A stretch of 62,233 bases of DNA, the filler included, from Sphacelaria rigidula (Eukaryota), in assembly GCA_964200075.2 (NCBI GenBank). It is 8 parts of 8 records of this genome, joined end to end, with 100 filler letters (N's around TTAATTAATTAA, not from the genome) between each part and the next. Parts side by side here need not be neighbours in the genome. Positions count along the whole stretch, not along the records: positions 23,378 to 31,069 come from CAXNAA020013770.1; positions 31,170 to 38,860 come from CAXNAA020013771.1; 6 more parts are not named here. The stretch is one strand, 5' to 3'. The position numbers and the translations under genes were made by a program. The notes under the pieces are model-generated. The model made no database searches. It was not told the origin of the DNA and worked only from the letters and a program-made list of their open reading frames with translations. Shown piece by piece: positions 24,544-38,302 of this stretch (position 1 is its first letter; every line of letters begins with the position of its first letter).

Positions 24544-26270
24544 AAGGGAGGGATACGTAACACGTGAACGTGAACGTGAACGTGACGTGAATCAAGTTCG
24601 TAAAATTTAACGTAACGTGACACTTGACGTTAATCACGTTGATTTTTTTTCACGTGACGTTGCGTTACATGTAACGTAATATGTAACGTGACAATGTCAC
24701 GTGTCACGTATGATGTAACGTGACATTGACACGTATCACGTTCGAATGTAACGTTTCATTCTACGCATATCGCGTGTCATTCACCAGTGTTGGAGATGTT
24801 TTGACGTGTCGTGTAACGCGTGAAGTCACCGTGTACGTGGCACTGACGGTCGCCCGTCTTATGTTTGATCGCAGGCGCATTATCTGAGTGTATAACGCTT
24901 CTTTCCCTACAGTGTATCATGCGTCCTTGACCGGATAAGTTTCCCTGTCTTTTCACTGTCTCATTTCAAGTTTTCAAGACTCGAATGCTTCGTCATTCGC
25001 ACGATAGCACATACTGTACAGACAATAGTTCACGAACGTGATTGAACGCCGGCTTCTTGCATTTCGCAGACAGAACTCCGTCGGTACCCTTGATTTTGCG
25101 CGTGTATGACAGGTTTACACCGCCAGGCAATCTACACATTTTTCTGGCTTGACAAGCTTTCGTTTCACTGCGCACAGACTGACGGATTGTCCACTTTTCC
25201 ATCAGATCAAACCGCCACGATACCAGCTGTGAGCGTAGGACAAATGCACCCAACATGAAAAAAAACGCTCGCTACTTTGACGAGAAAAAAAAGAATCAAG
25301 CGAATAATAGAAAGTGGAAATAAAAAGAATAAAATCAACAAATCAACAAAAGAACAGGTTGTAGGGCGCGATAATGTCACCAGAAAACCTCAACGGAATA
25401 ATACATTAAAAGGAATAAAGAACAAAAATCAACTGAATATGGTCGAGATGATTATGATGTTGTGGTGCTGTGCTGCGATGATGACTTGTAATGTCAGCTG
25501 TGGAGCAGAGCGCGAACTTGCCGCCAGAGTAAGTTCTATACTGTGGTTATTCAAACTCACACGTGTTTCTTGAAGCACAATCTTCAATCTTCTAGGATTT
25601 CAAAATTCATTGCAGAGTTGAAGTAGTCACCGCTTCATGTAACGTGCTTATGACGTAGTATTTTGATTTGATTGATTGATTGTCGCACTTGAACTGACCC
25701 TCCAGGGGTCCAGCCCTGGTCTCATGATAGACGTACCCAAGGAAAACGAAACTGAAACACGCTTTAAGGAAAAAAAAGAAGGAAGGAACAGAACAAAAAC
25801 AAAAAAAAGAGGGGCCGAACAGAACGACATATTAAACTAAGTCGTGACAAAAAAAAAAAGTCAACACAAGCAAAAAACAGAAAGAAATGGCCGACCTAAA
25901 ACAAGAAAAGGGAAAACAAGAGGAAAGTTCAAAGCAAATAAAATACAATACAATACAATGATGGGAAAAAAAATAATTATGTAATATGTAACGTAATATG
26001 TAACGTTTCATGTCACGTGTCACGTATATTATACGTGACACGTGGCATGAAACGTTACATATTACGTGATTTGAACGTTTGGGCAATCTAACGTAACGTG
26101 ACACGTGATGCGTGTCACGTTCGCAAAATTTAACGTAGCGTGAACGTGCCATCCGGAAATTTAACGTAACGTGTACGTGACATTGATCACGTTGAAAAAC
26201 ATTAACGTGAACGTAACGTGACGTTCACGTCACGTGTCACGCTGTGTCACGTGTCATGTTTCCCTCCCTG
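24544..26270. mobile_element. Non-autonomous hAT-like element (1727 bp), 8-bp TSD AAAATTTC
   Basis: Ends aagggagggatacgtaacacgtg / cacgtgtcatgtttccctccctg; AAAATTTC at 24536-24543 and 26271-26278; dense ACGTGA/ACGTAA subterminal repeats at both ends. Confidence 0.85.
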
Positions 26271-26278
26271 AAAATTTC

Positions 26279-26800
26279 AGTACCCACTGTACCCCCCAAA
26301 TCCGGTATTTTCAAATGTCATACCTACGATACCAGGGTATTTCGAGAATTCAATACCTACCGTACCCGCCAAATCCGATATTTTCAAATGGCATATCTAC
26401 GATACCTACGATACCAGGGTATTTCGAGAATTCAATACCTGCCGTACCCGCCAAATCCGGTATTTTCAAATGTCATATCTACGATACCTACGATACCAGG
26501 GTATTTCGAGAATTCAATACCTATCGTACCCGCCAAATCCTGTATTTTCAAATGGCATACCTACGACACCTAAGATACCAGGGTATTTCGAGAATTCATT
26601 ACCTACCGTACCCGCCCAATCTGGTATTTTCAAAACTCTTACCTACGGTACCGGCGATACCAGGGTATTTCGAGAATTCAATACCTATCGTACCCGCCAA
26701 ATCCTGTATTTTCAAAACTTCTACCTACGATACCTACGCATACCATGGTATGAGATACCCCGGTAAATACTGGGGGTACGCTGGGTACGGTACCTTACGT
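26279..26800 (+). repeat. 82-bp-unit tandem repeat; the array begins at ~24430 and is split by the hAT insertion
   Basis: gataccagggtat at 26328, 26410, 26492, 26574 and 26656 (exact 82-bp period). Confidence 0.9.
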
Positions 26801-27174
26801 ACGGTGCCTGTGCAAAACTGCTTCTCGATACGAGTAGGACTCAGGACTAGCCGTTATGGGGCCAATTCCCTGGCAAAAAGGAACTGTAAAAAAGGGGATA
26901 ATCCCTTCGTTAAGAAAGGCCCTGATCGGTCAGAATGGCCAATCCGCTCCTCTCCCGCCCCTTTCTTGGCCTATAAAGTATCGCGGAAAACTTCCACGCA
27001 CACATGGTTGACTTGGTGAGGTATTCGGCTGTCCTGCAAACAGGCCCCACCCCCGCTGTCGAAAACTACCCCCTCGCCCCCTGGAAACCCTCGGATATCC
27101 CTGGACAGTCAGCCCATGAAACTGTTCCGAGGCGACGCTTGCTGTCCAAAGGTTGAAGGAGCGTTGTAACTTTT

Positions 27175-28652
27175 CAAGGGCAGGTCGAGTAGATTATGTA
27201 CCTGTGAATACTCGGGTAAAATACCCGAGTATTTACTCTACCCAGCGTTTGGGTAGATTGGGTACGACCTCAATACACTACCCAGAAATTGGGTAGATTG
27301 AGTACGGCCTCAATGCTATACTCAAAATTCGGGTAAATTGAGTACGACCTCAAATACTCTACTCAAATATTGGGTATGCACTCTTTATCAAAACGGGGGT
27401 ATGAAGTATCACTTGGGTATGACCTCAATACACTATCTACCCAATTTTGAGTAAGCACTCTAAGTAATACTCAGGTGTAGAGTATCAGTTGGGTATGATG
27501 GGTGAACTTGACCGTCGACGACTTCCTGATGTCGCTTCACAGACTACGTTGAATATATGGGCGAACGATGGCCATCAATGAGATTAATGACGTTACGTCA
27601 TGAGTATGAGCCTCACCCATGGTAGTACATACACATATTTCATACTTCGAAGTACTTTGCAATCTCTTCGATATCAGGTTCAGTATAAAGCGCTACTCAT
27701 CATCATTGAGTAATCGAGTAGACGGGTTGTTGGGTAGGTATTGTTGATATGACCGACTCTACGAGCCGCACATCAGACCCCTCCATGGAAGACCCGGCGA
27801 TGGAAACAATGCAAGACGCGAGAATATCGGAACAGTAGATTTTTTCTGTGGCGTAGTCGTCACGTGCTTCACTGCCCTTTCTTCATCAACTGTTTCCTCT
27901 TTTCCCTACCTGCAGGTGGGTGAAACGCGTCACGCAACCAGTGACACGTGCGGATACCCGGGGACCATGCCCGGGTATGGGCTAAACACAAACCTTTGAC
28001 TACTAATACTTTGATACGATGTTTACGCTTTCCGGTACCCCCTGCCAGTCTACACGGTATATTCCGAGCGCCCTTCGACTATACCCCAATGAAGATCTAT
28101 CCTAGTTTGGTACGATTCGGTTATGATCCCAATGCTTTCTGGATCATACTGTATCCGAATATTTGCTGAAGTTTTGATCGGGAATCAGCACTAATCATGG
28201 GAAAGCAACTCCAGGAATACCTGGGTATTTGCTCTACCCCAGTTTGGGTATTTTGCACACGAAGTTGAATACTCAAGTTATACCCAAGGTTTTGGTACTA
28301 CATTGGGTCTGGCCTCGAATACTCTGCCCAAATTACGGGTGGATTGGGTATAAGCTCGAATAGTCTACCCAAATTTTAGGAAGATTGGGTACGGCCTCAA
28401 ATACTAGTACGACCTCAAAGACTCTACCCAATTATTGGGTACGCACTCTCAGCAATACTTGGGTATAGAGTATTGCTTAGGTATGACCTCATTACTCAAA
28501 TTTTGGGTAGATTGAGTATGATCTTATATACTCCACTCAAATTTTGGGTAGATTGGGTACGACTTCGAATACTCTACTCAAATTTCGGGTGCTAAAAGTA
28601 TGATGACTGAGAACTACCGAGTACGGAGTATACTCTACTCGACCTGCCGTTG
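27175..28652. mobile_element. Non-autonomous hAT-like element (1478 bp)
   Basis: TIR caagggcaggtcgagtaga / tctactcgacctgccgttg; TSD TAACTTTT / TAACTTTC; subterminal tacccaaat..gggtagattgggtacgacctc repeats. Confidence 0.82.
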
Positions 28653-31069
28653 TAACTTTCCTCCCACGTGGGAGCCATACCCCCTGCCCCGCCCTGCCCC
28701 CTAACCTAGAAACGCAAGTTTAGGTTTTAGGCGATTCAGTCGCTCAGTTGTAAGAGCTGCGCTTTGAAATGTGGTGCTCTTAAACCATTGTCTATGGCGA
28801 CAAATCTCGATTTTTTTTAAACCCCGGTTTTGAGCAAGTCAGGGGGACTCAAATTCGCGAAGTCAAAATCGAAGGGGCCGTTTTATGGTACAGTCAGTTT
28901 CACAGATTTGTGAAACAGTTCATTTTCTGCGAGAGTGTTGTATTGCGCACTCGTGCATGAAGCCAAAAAGCAGGCAGGCGGTGAATGATCAATTATCCAT
29001 CGAGTACAGTGTCCTACCTTGTTACCCTAGGCTAACACAGTATAGTGCAGGACATTCCAACGTTATCGTACATGATGATGCCGTCTGTTAGTACATGATG
29101 GCACCTTCGATATTGCGAGAAAAGTGAAAAACAGTGCGCGAGAAGAGTTCTGTAGTGCAGTGCCATACATCACCCTGAAAGTACAGGGACAACAGACTAA
29201 GAGACTACAGTACCGTTCGTGATGATGATTCATATTACAGCGCAGATGAGCATAAAATATTGCCATCGTCGCAGGGTACGGCGTCAACACTTACTATCCG
29301 CTTGCCAAACCCCGAGTGAAGCTGCTACAGCAGCTGCCGCGGGCAGGCACGCCCCGCGCTGCCACGAGACTGTCTTCTGCTGCGGTTGCAAAAATATCAA
29401 ATGCCTCGTACCTTACCATTGTGCGTCAATGCAGGTACGTCACCTAGAAAAACATCGGGGGGAGTCACGATCTAGGAAAGATTTCCCTCGATTTTACCGA
29501 AATATCGAAGGAAATCGTTCTGAAATCGTGACCCTCCGAATTTTTCTCCGCTGATTTGGTCCAAATCGGGGCCCATACAATGCGTTCCCCGATTATTTTC
29601 CCCCCGATGTCAAGAATAATCGACACTGTTGACTGCCAGAATATGTGGTCTTATGGAGAATCGCGAGGGCATATTGAAAAAAAAAGGTATGGGAAGGTAT
29701 TACAGTAGTCAAACTCTCAACATGGTATTCACTCGATTGGAACTTCTTCATGGGAGATCTGTCACCTTCACGCGAATAGTTGAAAATCGGCAGGCGTTGG
29801 AAAAAGAAGCAGGTCGTCCTCAGGACACATTTCCCAACTTCGTGTTGTGGGAACAATACAGAGTAAAGCCCAGTTTATTGAGGAGGTCTTACTGACCGCA
29901 TATGGCCCAAAGAAACGGCTCTTCGACTGTAGCGCGGTGGCAAGTCGAAAGAGTAAAAAGCTGAAGCCGTGCAGTTATTTATTGTGACGATCCGGATCGG
30001 TTCCGTTAAGCGAAAATATCAAAAAGCGAGAACCGGGGGCTGTACACTCGCAGGACCCCCAAAGAATGGTGAGTCCACATCGCTCAAACACTAAATTCGT
30101 ATCTCGGGGTCATAATTATTTGAGTTTTTCTCAGAAAAAGCTTTCGAAAAATGTGAGCTCGTTGATCATTTTGGGTACGACAAACGTTGCGAAACCCCCC
30201 CCCGCGTAACGACCCAACGCTCCGTTGACACTACCCGTCCAATTTACCTAGTAATCAAAAAGCGGCTGGGAGATCAGATGAACCGAGCGTACGCGATAAC
30301 TGCAATATACAGCAATTGTAGAGGTTGCCACTCTTGCCCACCTCGTGCAGCCACGGCTGGCGGTAGCGTGATCGGGGGCGCAAGCCGCCAACAATTATTG
30401 CACAAAAACTGCTGCGCCCATCGATTTGGGTGGCAGGTCTCTCCGCATACAATACCGCACGGTACAGTCTGTCCTGTCTGTACTGCTCGCTCGTTATTGG
30501 TGACTGCCCCCCAAGACATGACGTTGCGGTGCTGACGTACAGCTGGGAGACACCTCTATCGGTGGCAGGCGGAGGTCCAGATGAACACATGTCTCTACTG
30601 TGCGGTGTGGTGTGATCTTGTGCTGCGTTACGCTTTACTGCCGATGCACTGCACTGCTGTGTAATACTGACTGTGACCGTGGGGTATGCATGGACTGGAC
30701 GATTTCAAGTGCCTGGGTGGTTGATTTTGATCATGAGTGTTGTTGTTCTTTGCCCTAACGACCAACCAACAGAACGCGCTTTCGGTCGCTCGTTAGGGTG
30801 GGGCCGAAAAGGATTCAAACATCTCAGACAACGCTCAGGTCATGATATCGTGTATCTTTATCTTCCGGGTGTAGGACGCGGATTTTTCGAGGCTGTTTTC
30901 AAGCCAAATAAGGATTTCTCATGGCTCAGGCAGCGCTCGGGCATCGTTTTTTTCTGGATGATTATTGGGTGCAGCTGTGATGTGGTGGAAACAAACACAG
31001 CACCGTGCTTAGCATCACCCCCACAACACAACCCCCCCCACCCACCACCCCCCCCCAACAACACGAGAA

Positions 31070-31169
31070 NNNNNNNNNNNNNNNNNNNNNNNNNNNNNNN
31101 NNNNNNNNNNNNNTTAATTAATTAANNNNNNNNNNNNNNNNNNNNNNNNNNNNNNNNNNNNNNNNNNNN
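31070..31169. other. Artificial 100-bp scaffold linker
   Basis: Same structure. Confidence 0.97.
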
Positions 31170-31238
31170 CGCGGAGTGTCCAGTTTTACGACATACTTCT
31201 GACTTCATGTTTTTCGGGGAACCATCCCCCCCCCCCTC

Positions 31239-31261
31239 AAGGCAACCAACAAATGAGTACG
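31239..31261 (+). mobile_element. 23-bp 5'-truncated poly(C)-ended LINE copy with 13-bp TSD
   Basis: C11TC (31226-31238) + aaggcaaccaacaaatgagtacg + C12TC (31262-31275). Confidence 0.8.
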
Positions 31262-31391
31262 CCCCCCCCCCCCTCGTCGTAGCATCACTCGAATATCAGA
31301 GACAGCTATTGGTCTCCTTCGTTCGTATCAGCTCGTGCCGTTTCAAATAGAAGGAAACTGTCTAAATTAACACACTCGAAAAATGCGGCAG

Positions 31392-31560
31392 GCGGAGGTT
31401 GCTATCGGGAACGAGTGGAGCATGACTGTCGAGCTTCCTCCAGTGTCGTTCGGGGTGGGTCGGCCAGTTAGGGAAGAAATGGTGGACGATATCAACACCG
31501 CACTGGATCATGACGTCAACTTCGAGATACCCGAGAACTATCGAAAGGGGCAAGGAGACA
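31392..31560 (+). CDS. Glycoside hydrolase family 81 endo-beta-1,3-glucanase, exon
   Basis: cag|AEVAIGNEWSM...ENYRKGQGD+a|gtgagt; splices to give GDTYFSGK. The 5' boundary is the most plausible acceptor. Confidence 0.8.
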
Positions 31561-32369
31561 GTGAGTTCTGCATTGTTCTCGGGTAAATATTTCAGTGCCA
31601 CGTGTATGCGGGAGAGGCGCGGGGCAAGATTTCGTCATGTTTGTGCCCTGGGTACACCGCTATATCTTTTTCGGAGTCGTGCCTGCGTGTGTGTGCTTAC
31701 ATGACATGCGCTACTCTGTGATCGTATCGTGGATATTTGTCTTCGATCTGTAGAAGTGTACGCTCCACGCGACGTAAACCCGTACGATGACCTGCTACAA
31801 GCGAGCTGGCTCGTGTTCCCATCTCAGTGGTTGTTGAGACAGTGGCGCAGTATGTCGAGCACGGTTGAACCTATTTAGTGCGACCTTGAAAATTTTGGTA
31901 TTCTGTACTGATCATTATCCATGGGCGTTTGTGCTTCCGCCTCGAGTATGAGGACATCGGAATTTGGTCTTCGGGGCTCCCAAGGACCGTTACAGGTGCG
32001 GTCCTTTTGCGGGAGGAATGCCCTGTTCACTGGTAGGAGGCCTCATTTTTGTGATGGAGTGACGGTTGCTTTTTCCCCTCACGATAACAATACACAAAAT
32101 CTGATACAGTGTCAACAACACGGCAACGTTGCAGTTCGGTTATTATCTGCTATTGACAGTTTCACGGAGTATGGAAAAATGTCTCCGTGCTTCACGTCTG
32201 AACGTCCTGCTTACCTTCCCGGCCCGGCCCGGCGCAGGATCATTCCGGTACAGGATCATTCCCGTCTCACCTGAAGACAACATGATGTCATTTCTTCGAT
32301 GGCGCTTCGTCCCGCTCGGTTTCGCGTGTTCGGTTTATTTTGTGCCTCATGAACCCTTGTGTCGGTCAG

Positions 32370-32485
32370 CATACTTCTCGGGGAAAATGCTTGCGAAGAT
32401 GGGTCGAGTTGCCTTGATCGCGGAGGAAATGGGTCGACACGATGATGCTCGGAGGGTCGCCGCTCGCTTGGCCGAGGCTTCTCAG
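32370..32485 (+). CDS. GH81 glucanase, exon
   Basis: cag|(T)YFSGKMLAKMGRVALIAEEMG...LAEASQ|gtaggt; YFSGKxLAK motif. Confidence 0.9.
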
Positions 32486-34078
32486 GTAGGTGCACGGGTA
32501 ACCTTTCATTTTGTGTTGGCCAGCAGGATGTGGCGCGGGCGGTTTGCACACTAACTGATGAAAAAAAATCAAAAGTGAATGTAACTGCCACTCAGAGCTC
32601 ACACGCGTGTGCTTAATGAGTCCACGGTCTCCATTTTCTCGCCTGCCCTTGCTTGCATGTACTGTATGTTCTGGTGACCGTCAGCCGCCACCACGAAATT
32701 TCTGGCAGTTTGATTAGTTCGGTGTACTGTATGTGGCGGGTGGCAGAATTGCCCGGTAACCTTGGCGTTGTATAGTCTTTCTCTCTCTCGCTGTTTTTTT
32801 TTCATTTTTGTGCCTCGACTCACTTCTATTCTGCTCAACCTGGTTCCGAAACGGATTCTGGAGGAAATTAAGGATGGTTTTGGTACGGAATGGTGTCGCG
32901 GTCGCTCGTGTGTTTATGTGTTACTACTGCAGTCAAACCATTCGCAACGCCCGAGGCGGAGGGGGGGGGGGTATGGGACGGAATAAGGAGTAGTGGGGCT
33001 CAACTTCCGTCTGTCTAACACGTTTTACTGCTTCATCGTTCCGAGGGGGGAAATCACTCACACAGTGGAACGCGGACGCGGGATAGCCAGGCGTATGGTG
33101 ATGAGTGTTCTCTTATTTCCTCTATTAGTTTGATATTATAGGTATACGATACTACACCACTAACTTCGTCCTCGGGAGAACGGAGAGTGACAAGGGGCTA
33201 TGTCTAATGACAGTACGACACGCGGAGGTCGGACCATTCTAACGACGGCGGCAAGGGTGAGAGGGTCGGGGTCACTGACTAAGATTTGCCATTGACGGTT
33301 GACCACACGTGCCGGGCAGGAGAAAAAATGTCGCGCGCGCCGGAATGGCCGGAGGTGGGGGGTGGGGCGTACTCGCGGGGGGTGGGGGTGGATATAGGTG
33401 CTCGCGTTGGGATATCACTCTGGTAAAAGTTGAAGGCCTGAGCAGCAGTTTTGTGCAATGCGGAAGGAACCATGAATTGAGGGTAGGCCATGCGCGGATT
33501 CCGGCGTACCATTTCGAGGGCACGGTATGCAGCTGACTACTCCTTCGTAAGTAGATTTTGCTGTGGCTGTCTTCGCTTATCCGAACATGGACAATTATTG
33601 AATCCTCGGCATGCAGCACCGCAGCTCGTATAACAACGTTTTGGTGAAATCGAGAGTAGAGCGCAGATTGAGAGGGGCTTTGATCATTCACATTAACCTG
33701 GCCAACTTTTATTCAGTGTGTACTTTTCTTTGCCTCCATCACTGGCGTGTGCTTACGGTTACACGTCGATATCCTACTCAGGGATATCAAGGGCCTCAGT
33801 GGCAAGCTACTGCGGAAAGCATATTGGACTTCGCGGAGGGGCATTCTGGAACTGAAACGATTCATTCATGACCGTTTTTCACTCTCAATCATACCCTCTA
33901 CTCTCAATCTCACGAAAACGTTGTTGTATGTACCATTTCCCCCGAACTTCATGCCTGTTTGTACGCCCCCTCTCTCCCCCTTCCCCCCCTGACCCCCGCC
34001 GCTCCGCTCCGCACCCGCGGCTGCAGGTCACTCACGCCCTCTGTACATTCATTGTCCTCACCCGTTTGAAATTGACAG

Positions 34079-34271
34079 GTATGGCTCAATGGAACAGCCG
34101 CTTCGCCTTTGATATACGACTTTAGATGGGGAGGAGTGATCTCCTGTGGGTGTGCATATCGGGAAGGGAAAGGGTGCACCAACAGCATCGGGCCGGACGA
34201 CTGCCCGGCTCTCAGCGATCCAGGCATGAACTTCGGCTTGGGATTCTACAACGACCATCACTTCCATTTCG
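34079..34271 (+). CDS. GH81 glucanase, exon
   Basis: cag|VWLNGTAASPLIYDFRWGGVIS...NFGLGFYNDHHFHF+g|gtgagg; YDxxWGG and YNDHHFH signature motifs. Confidence 0.93.
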
Positions 34272-34515
34272 GTGAGGAATACACAGAACCGGGATGACTT
34301 ATTATGAATTTACGAACGCCAGTGAATCAGTTTTGCTTTTCTTGGGCACGTCTATCATGCGACCACGGCTCGGACCAATGGGTGGTCAGTTAAAGTGCGA
34401 CAGTTAATCGATCAATCGACCAACACCAGAGAAGCGTTAGTGTTGGAATAGTTGGTTCATTCATGAAAAATATGTAGTATAACAGCAGCAGCAGCAGCAG
34501 CAGCAGCAATAAACA

Positions 34516-34950
34516 CGAGATCTTAAAAATTTGGGATGGGTCTGTTATTGGGGATGAGAAACTCGGAGAGTTGAAATCTTCATATCCACATCAAATCTTT
34601 AAAATATGGTTCCATTTCCTCACCTACGGATAGCTATTGACAACTGCTACACGCCATAGAAATTTGGATTTCGATGACCGAAATGTTGGGGTTCTAGGTG
34701 GAAAATCAATTTCGGAACCATTTTGAAGTCCCTTCGGACACCCGAAATTCCCCAATATTGTTTCTCACGTAGAACCCCAAAATTTCGGTGATCGAAATCC
34801 AAATTTCTATGGCGTGTAGAAGTTGTCAATAGCTATCAGTAGATGAAGAAATGGAACCATATTTCGAAGATTTGATGTGGATACGAAGATTTTAATTCTT
34901 CGAGTTTCTCATGCCCAATAACAGATCCATCCCCAATTTGTAATATCCCG
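34516..34950. mobile_element. Foldback (palindromic) MITE-like element in a GH81 intron
   Basis: Arms of about 200 bp are reverse complements, e.g. ctacacgccatagaaatttggatttcgat vs atcgaaatccaaatttctatggcgtgtag, around a short central spacer. Confidence 0.88.
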
Positions 34951-37900
34951 TTCTAATAGTAGTATGGTAGTAGTAGTGGTGAAAGTTATGGTGGGGTTAG
35001 CGCACATCCCTACGAACCCTTATTGCGGTGAAGTTTTACTCTTTTTCAAAGAACAAGGAAGTGGAAGCTTGCGGTTTCTCGCCTGATGGCAGCTGATGAT
35101 AATCAATCTCAGGAGAAGTACACCTGTCTACATAGCACCCAATTTTTAGAGTCATCCAACCATCATGGGCGCAAATTTGCTGTCGGTGAAAATCGGATGT
35201 TCCCGGAATTTTTGTCGAGTAATCGGATGACCGAGTATGTTGTATAAAAATCCGGATTTTTCGGCGAACAAATCCTACGAATGGGCCATCCGTTTACTTT
35301 ATTTCATCGTCCAATATCGAGATCCATTTGCCCATATTCAGAATAGCTCGTACGGACGACAGGTATAAAATGGATGCGTATTGAGCACCCCCATTGAAAA
35401 ACGTTGCTGTAGCGGGAAGTTTGTATCGATCCCCCTTGAAACCACAGACTCCTCCTCCCGAGGTAGGAGAAGAAGTTGAAAATATGCAAAAACAAAATGG
35501 AGAGAAATGTTTTTTTTTTTCATGAAAATGCAAGAGAACTAACTACGTGTTGCGCTCGAACGAAATACGCATAAAAAGGAGGATTTGAAAAGTTTGGAAA
35601 CGTGATGCCATTTCGGTAGTCTTAAGGTTCGTTGAGCATAATGGCGCGTACGACTCGCACTGACAACAACATCTACAATTCGAAGAGGAGCAGCTGGTAC
35701 CAAGTTGTGTCCGACTATTTGACATTTCAGCATTCTACTGCAACACTCCAGTCTGGAATTTGCTGTACTCAAATGCCCATACCTGGTGGAACGTTCCCAC
35801 TTACAGCACAACACGACACGGCATCTCCCCATCTTGTGCTGAGCTTTGCTCACGAAACTAGTTCTAGATACTGATTCGTAAACCCCGGTTATCAAGGGTC
35901 GCTTCAATTACAAGCGGAGTCCCTGTTTTTGTGGTATATTTATTAACTCATTCTATACGAGCCCAACGCGTATTGATATATATACCGAAAAAACCTTCAT
36001 CGTCGTGTTGTGCGTGTCATTAGAGAGTTTTGGGGAACGCTTTTTTGGTTCAAGAGTGCAAATATCTCAGGATCAGAGTGCAAAATGAAAAACAAAAACT
36101 CATCGCAAAAAAGGTTGAGGGGATACCACATTCGACGGAGGGGGAAATATTTTTCGTCACGCTCTGATCCTGAGATATTTGTACTCTGAAATGACAAAGA
36201 AGCAATTTCCGAAACTCTCTATCGCACCCATCCAAACGTATCGTTCATGTTACTTTACGGCGGCGCAATAGTGCAAAGCAACAGCGCATGAACGGGAATA
36301 AAATCCTTATGGAAACGGCCAACCCTGCTCATCGTGCACCTCCGAAAGCGTTGCATTCATTGTCCCCAAAACTTACACCCCAACCTGACGGCCGCACCTA
36401 CTACTGTCAGAAGTAGTAATAGTAGGACCTGTTCATATCTCGTCCAACATGACAATGTTGTCGACGAACTTCAAGGCGAAGGTTGCCTACGGGTAGCAGG
36501 GATCGATTGGGGGGGTAAAAAGCGCATGAAAATTCTCCCAAAACTCGGGCTATTGATTGTAGAGGCGCGTTGTCGGGAAGCCGATAAAAACGTTTTCTCG
36601 CGTATCCATGCATCAAGGGACGGGACGAAAATGACTGTAACGACAAGCGCAATCAGTTCCTTCCCAAACAAAAAAAGGAAAAGTATATGTTACTCATAGT
36701 TTGCGACGACGCGTCGAAATTCTCTCCGAAAAAAGCAGGAGCCGTCGCTCTTGGCTGCCCATATTGAGGTCCATGCAACCAGATTCAGCTCAAATTAACA
36801 AAGACGAACAGCCATTCGTATGTAAAGTCCGTGATGGAACACTTGCTTTCGCAACGAGGCATGTCTACTTGTTTACAGATTATCCTGTTTGCACCAGGTT
36901 TTTGAAGCGTTCTACGAACGGTTTCTACGCGCCCAGCGGTGTGACCTGTCCCACCCAGCCGCATATCGCACAAATTAGCTACGGGAAAGAGACCACATGA
37001 ATTCCAAGCTTTCGTCATGCAACGTAATTTTCTTTGCTTCTCATTTTTTAATATATACTGTGGTGTCTGGAGCGAGTTAGTAAGGACTTGCACTTTTTCG
37101 GCGAGACGGTCATTGAGAGCCTGAATATTCCCGCTACTCTCGTAACCCGCCCTTATCCCGTAACGAGGAAGCCGTGGCAACTTCGTCAGATTTGCGGTTT
37201 GCCCAGGAAGCGGTCGCTCTCGCGAATGACATCTTGATCACGTGCACACAAGAGCGTCAAGCGGTCATATATTTCAATCCGAAGAACAATGGGTCTCGAG
37301 TCATGTCGAGCGATCTGACATCACAGGATACCCCTGCAGCCGAAACATCGGCAGCGGTGATATTCAGACCTTCACATCAGGCGAATGGCTGCGAGGTTCA
37401 AAGACTGCGTCGTGTTCCAGATGTTCCACCTCTCGCACATTTTGCAAGCGCGGGCAAGTTGTCTCTTTATTGGGGGGACCCGCTCGAGTTGTTGACCACG
37501 AGCGCATCACGAAATTGACGCGGTGCGTACGTGGGTGACCACCTGCAATGAGCTCTTTCATGTCGCCAGTCGAGTCCTTTCCTGCCATTTCACAGCATAC
37601 TCTCAGATGCCCTCTTTCCATGCCATGGAAACTCGGGGCAAAGGACAGAGAAAAAACGAACACGAAATCGAAGTGACGCTACGCTCGACAATTTCTGGTC
37701 CTCACTTTTCATGTTTATTCATGCTATAGTGCAAGGTACACAGCGTACTGAAGGAACATACATCCCCTCCTGACACCCATACACCCACACACCCACACAC
37801 CCACACACGTATGCGCCAGGCAAAGGATTACTGAGTGGCATAAATGTCGATAAATGTTCTCGTAGACGAGATGGTGACCACATGTCCCACATCCCAGTTT

Positions 37901-38302
37901 CAGACAACAGTTCGGTAATGTCGTGTACTCGGTACACGTGCTTTGGAAGGCGTGGATTGCACCGCCAGGTACAACACCCGCGAGCGACAAATGTGTTTCG
38001 GTCTCGACTTCCTCGAAGACGACAGCGCTCGTGACGCTACGATAGCTTCTTTAGTTGAGAAGATCTCGTACAGATTCATCTATAGTAGGCTCGGGGGAGC
38101 TCGCAGTGCGGACTGTCCTGCCCGTTGAGGGAATCGGAAAGATTGTTTTCCTCTCCCGCGGTGCTGTCTGTCCCCCTTATGCAAGGTATGATACCTCCTC
38201 CGCCACTTCATTTTCATTTCCATGTGTTGGTTTCGTCGATTCAAGCCCAGGTTAGCTGCCTCTCCTCCGATTTATTCACCCATGCTGTAAAATATCGTTC
38301 AG

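Noticed and set aside
26234-27019. 261-aa repetitive ORF
   Set aside because: Translation of the 82-bp tandem repeat; the unit is not a multiple of 3, so the peptide cycles through frames.
30505-30580. Possible upstream GH81 exon (HDVAVLTYSWET)
   Set aside because: It lies on a different scaffold across a linker, and the similarity is too weak.
36700-37720. ORF fragments in the long GH81 intron (also 29629-29895 and 15935-16445 on other scaffolds)
   Set aside because: Probably TE relics, but no recognisable motif or termini support a call.
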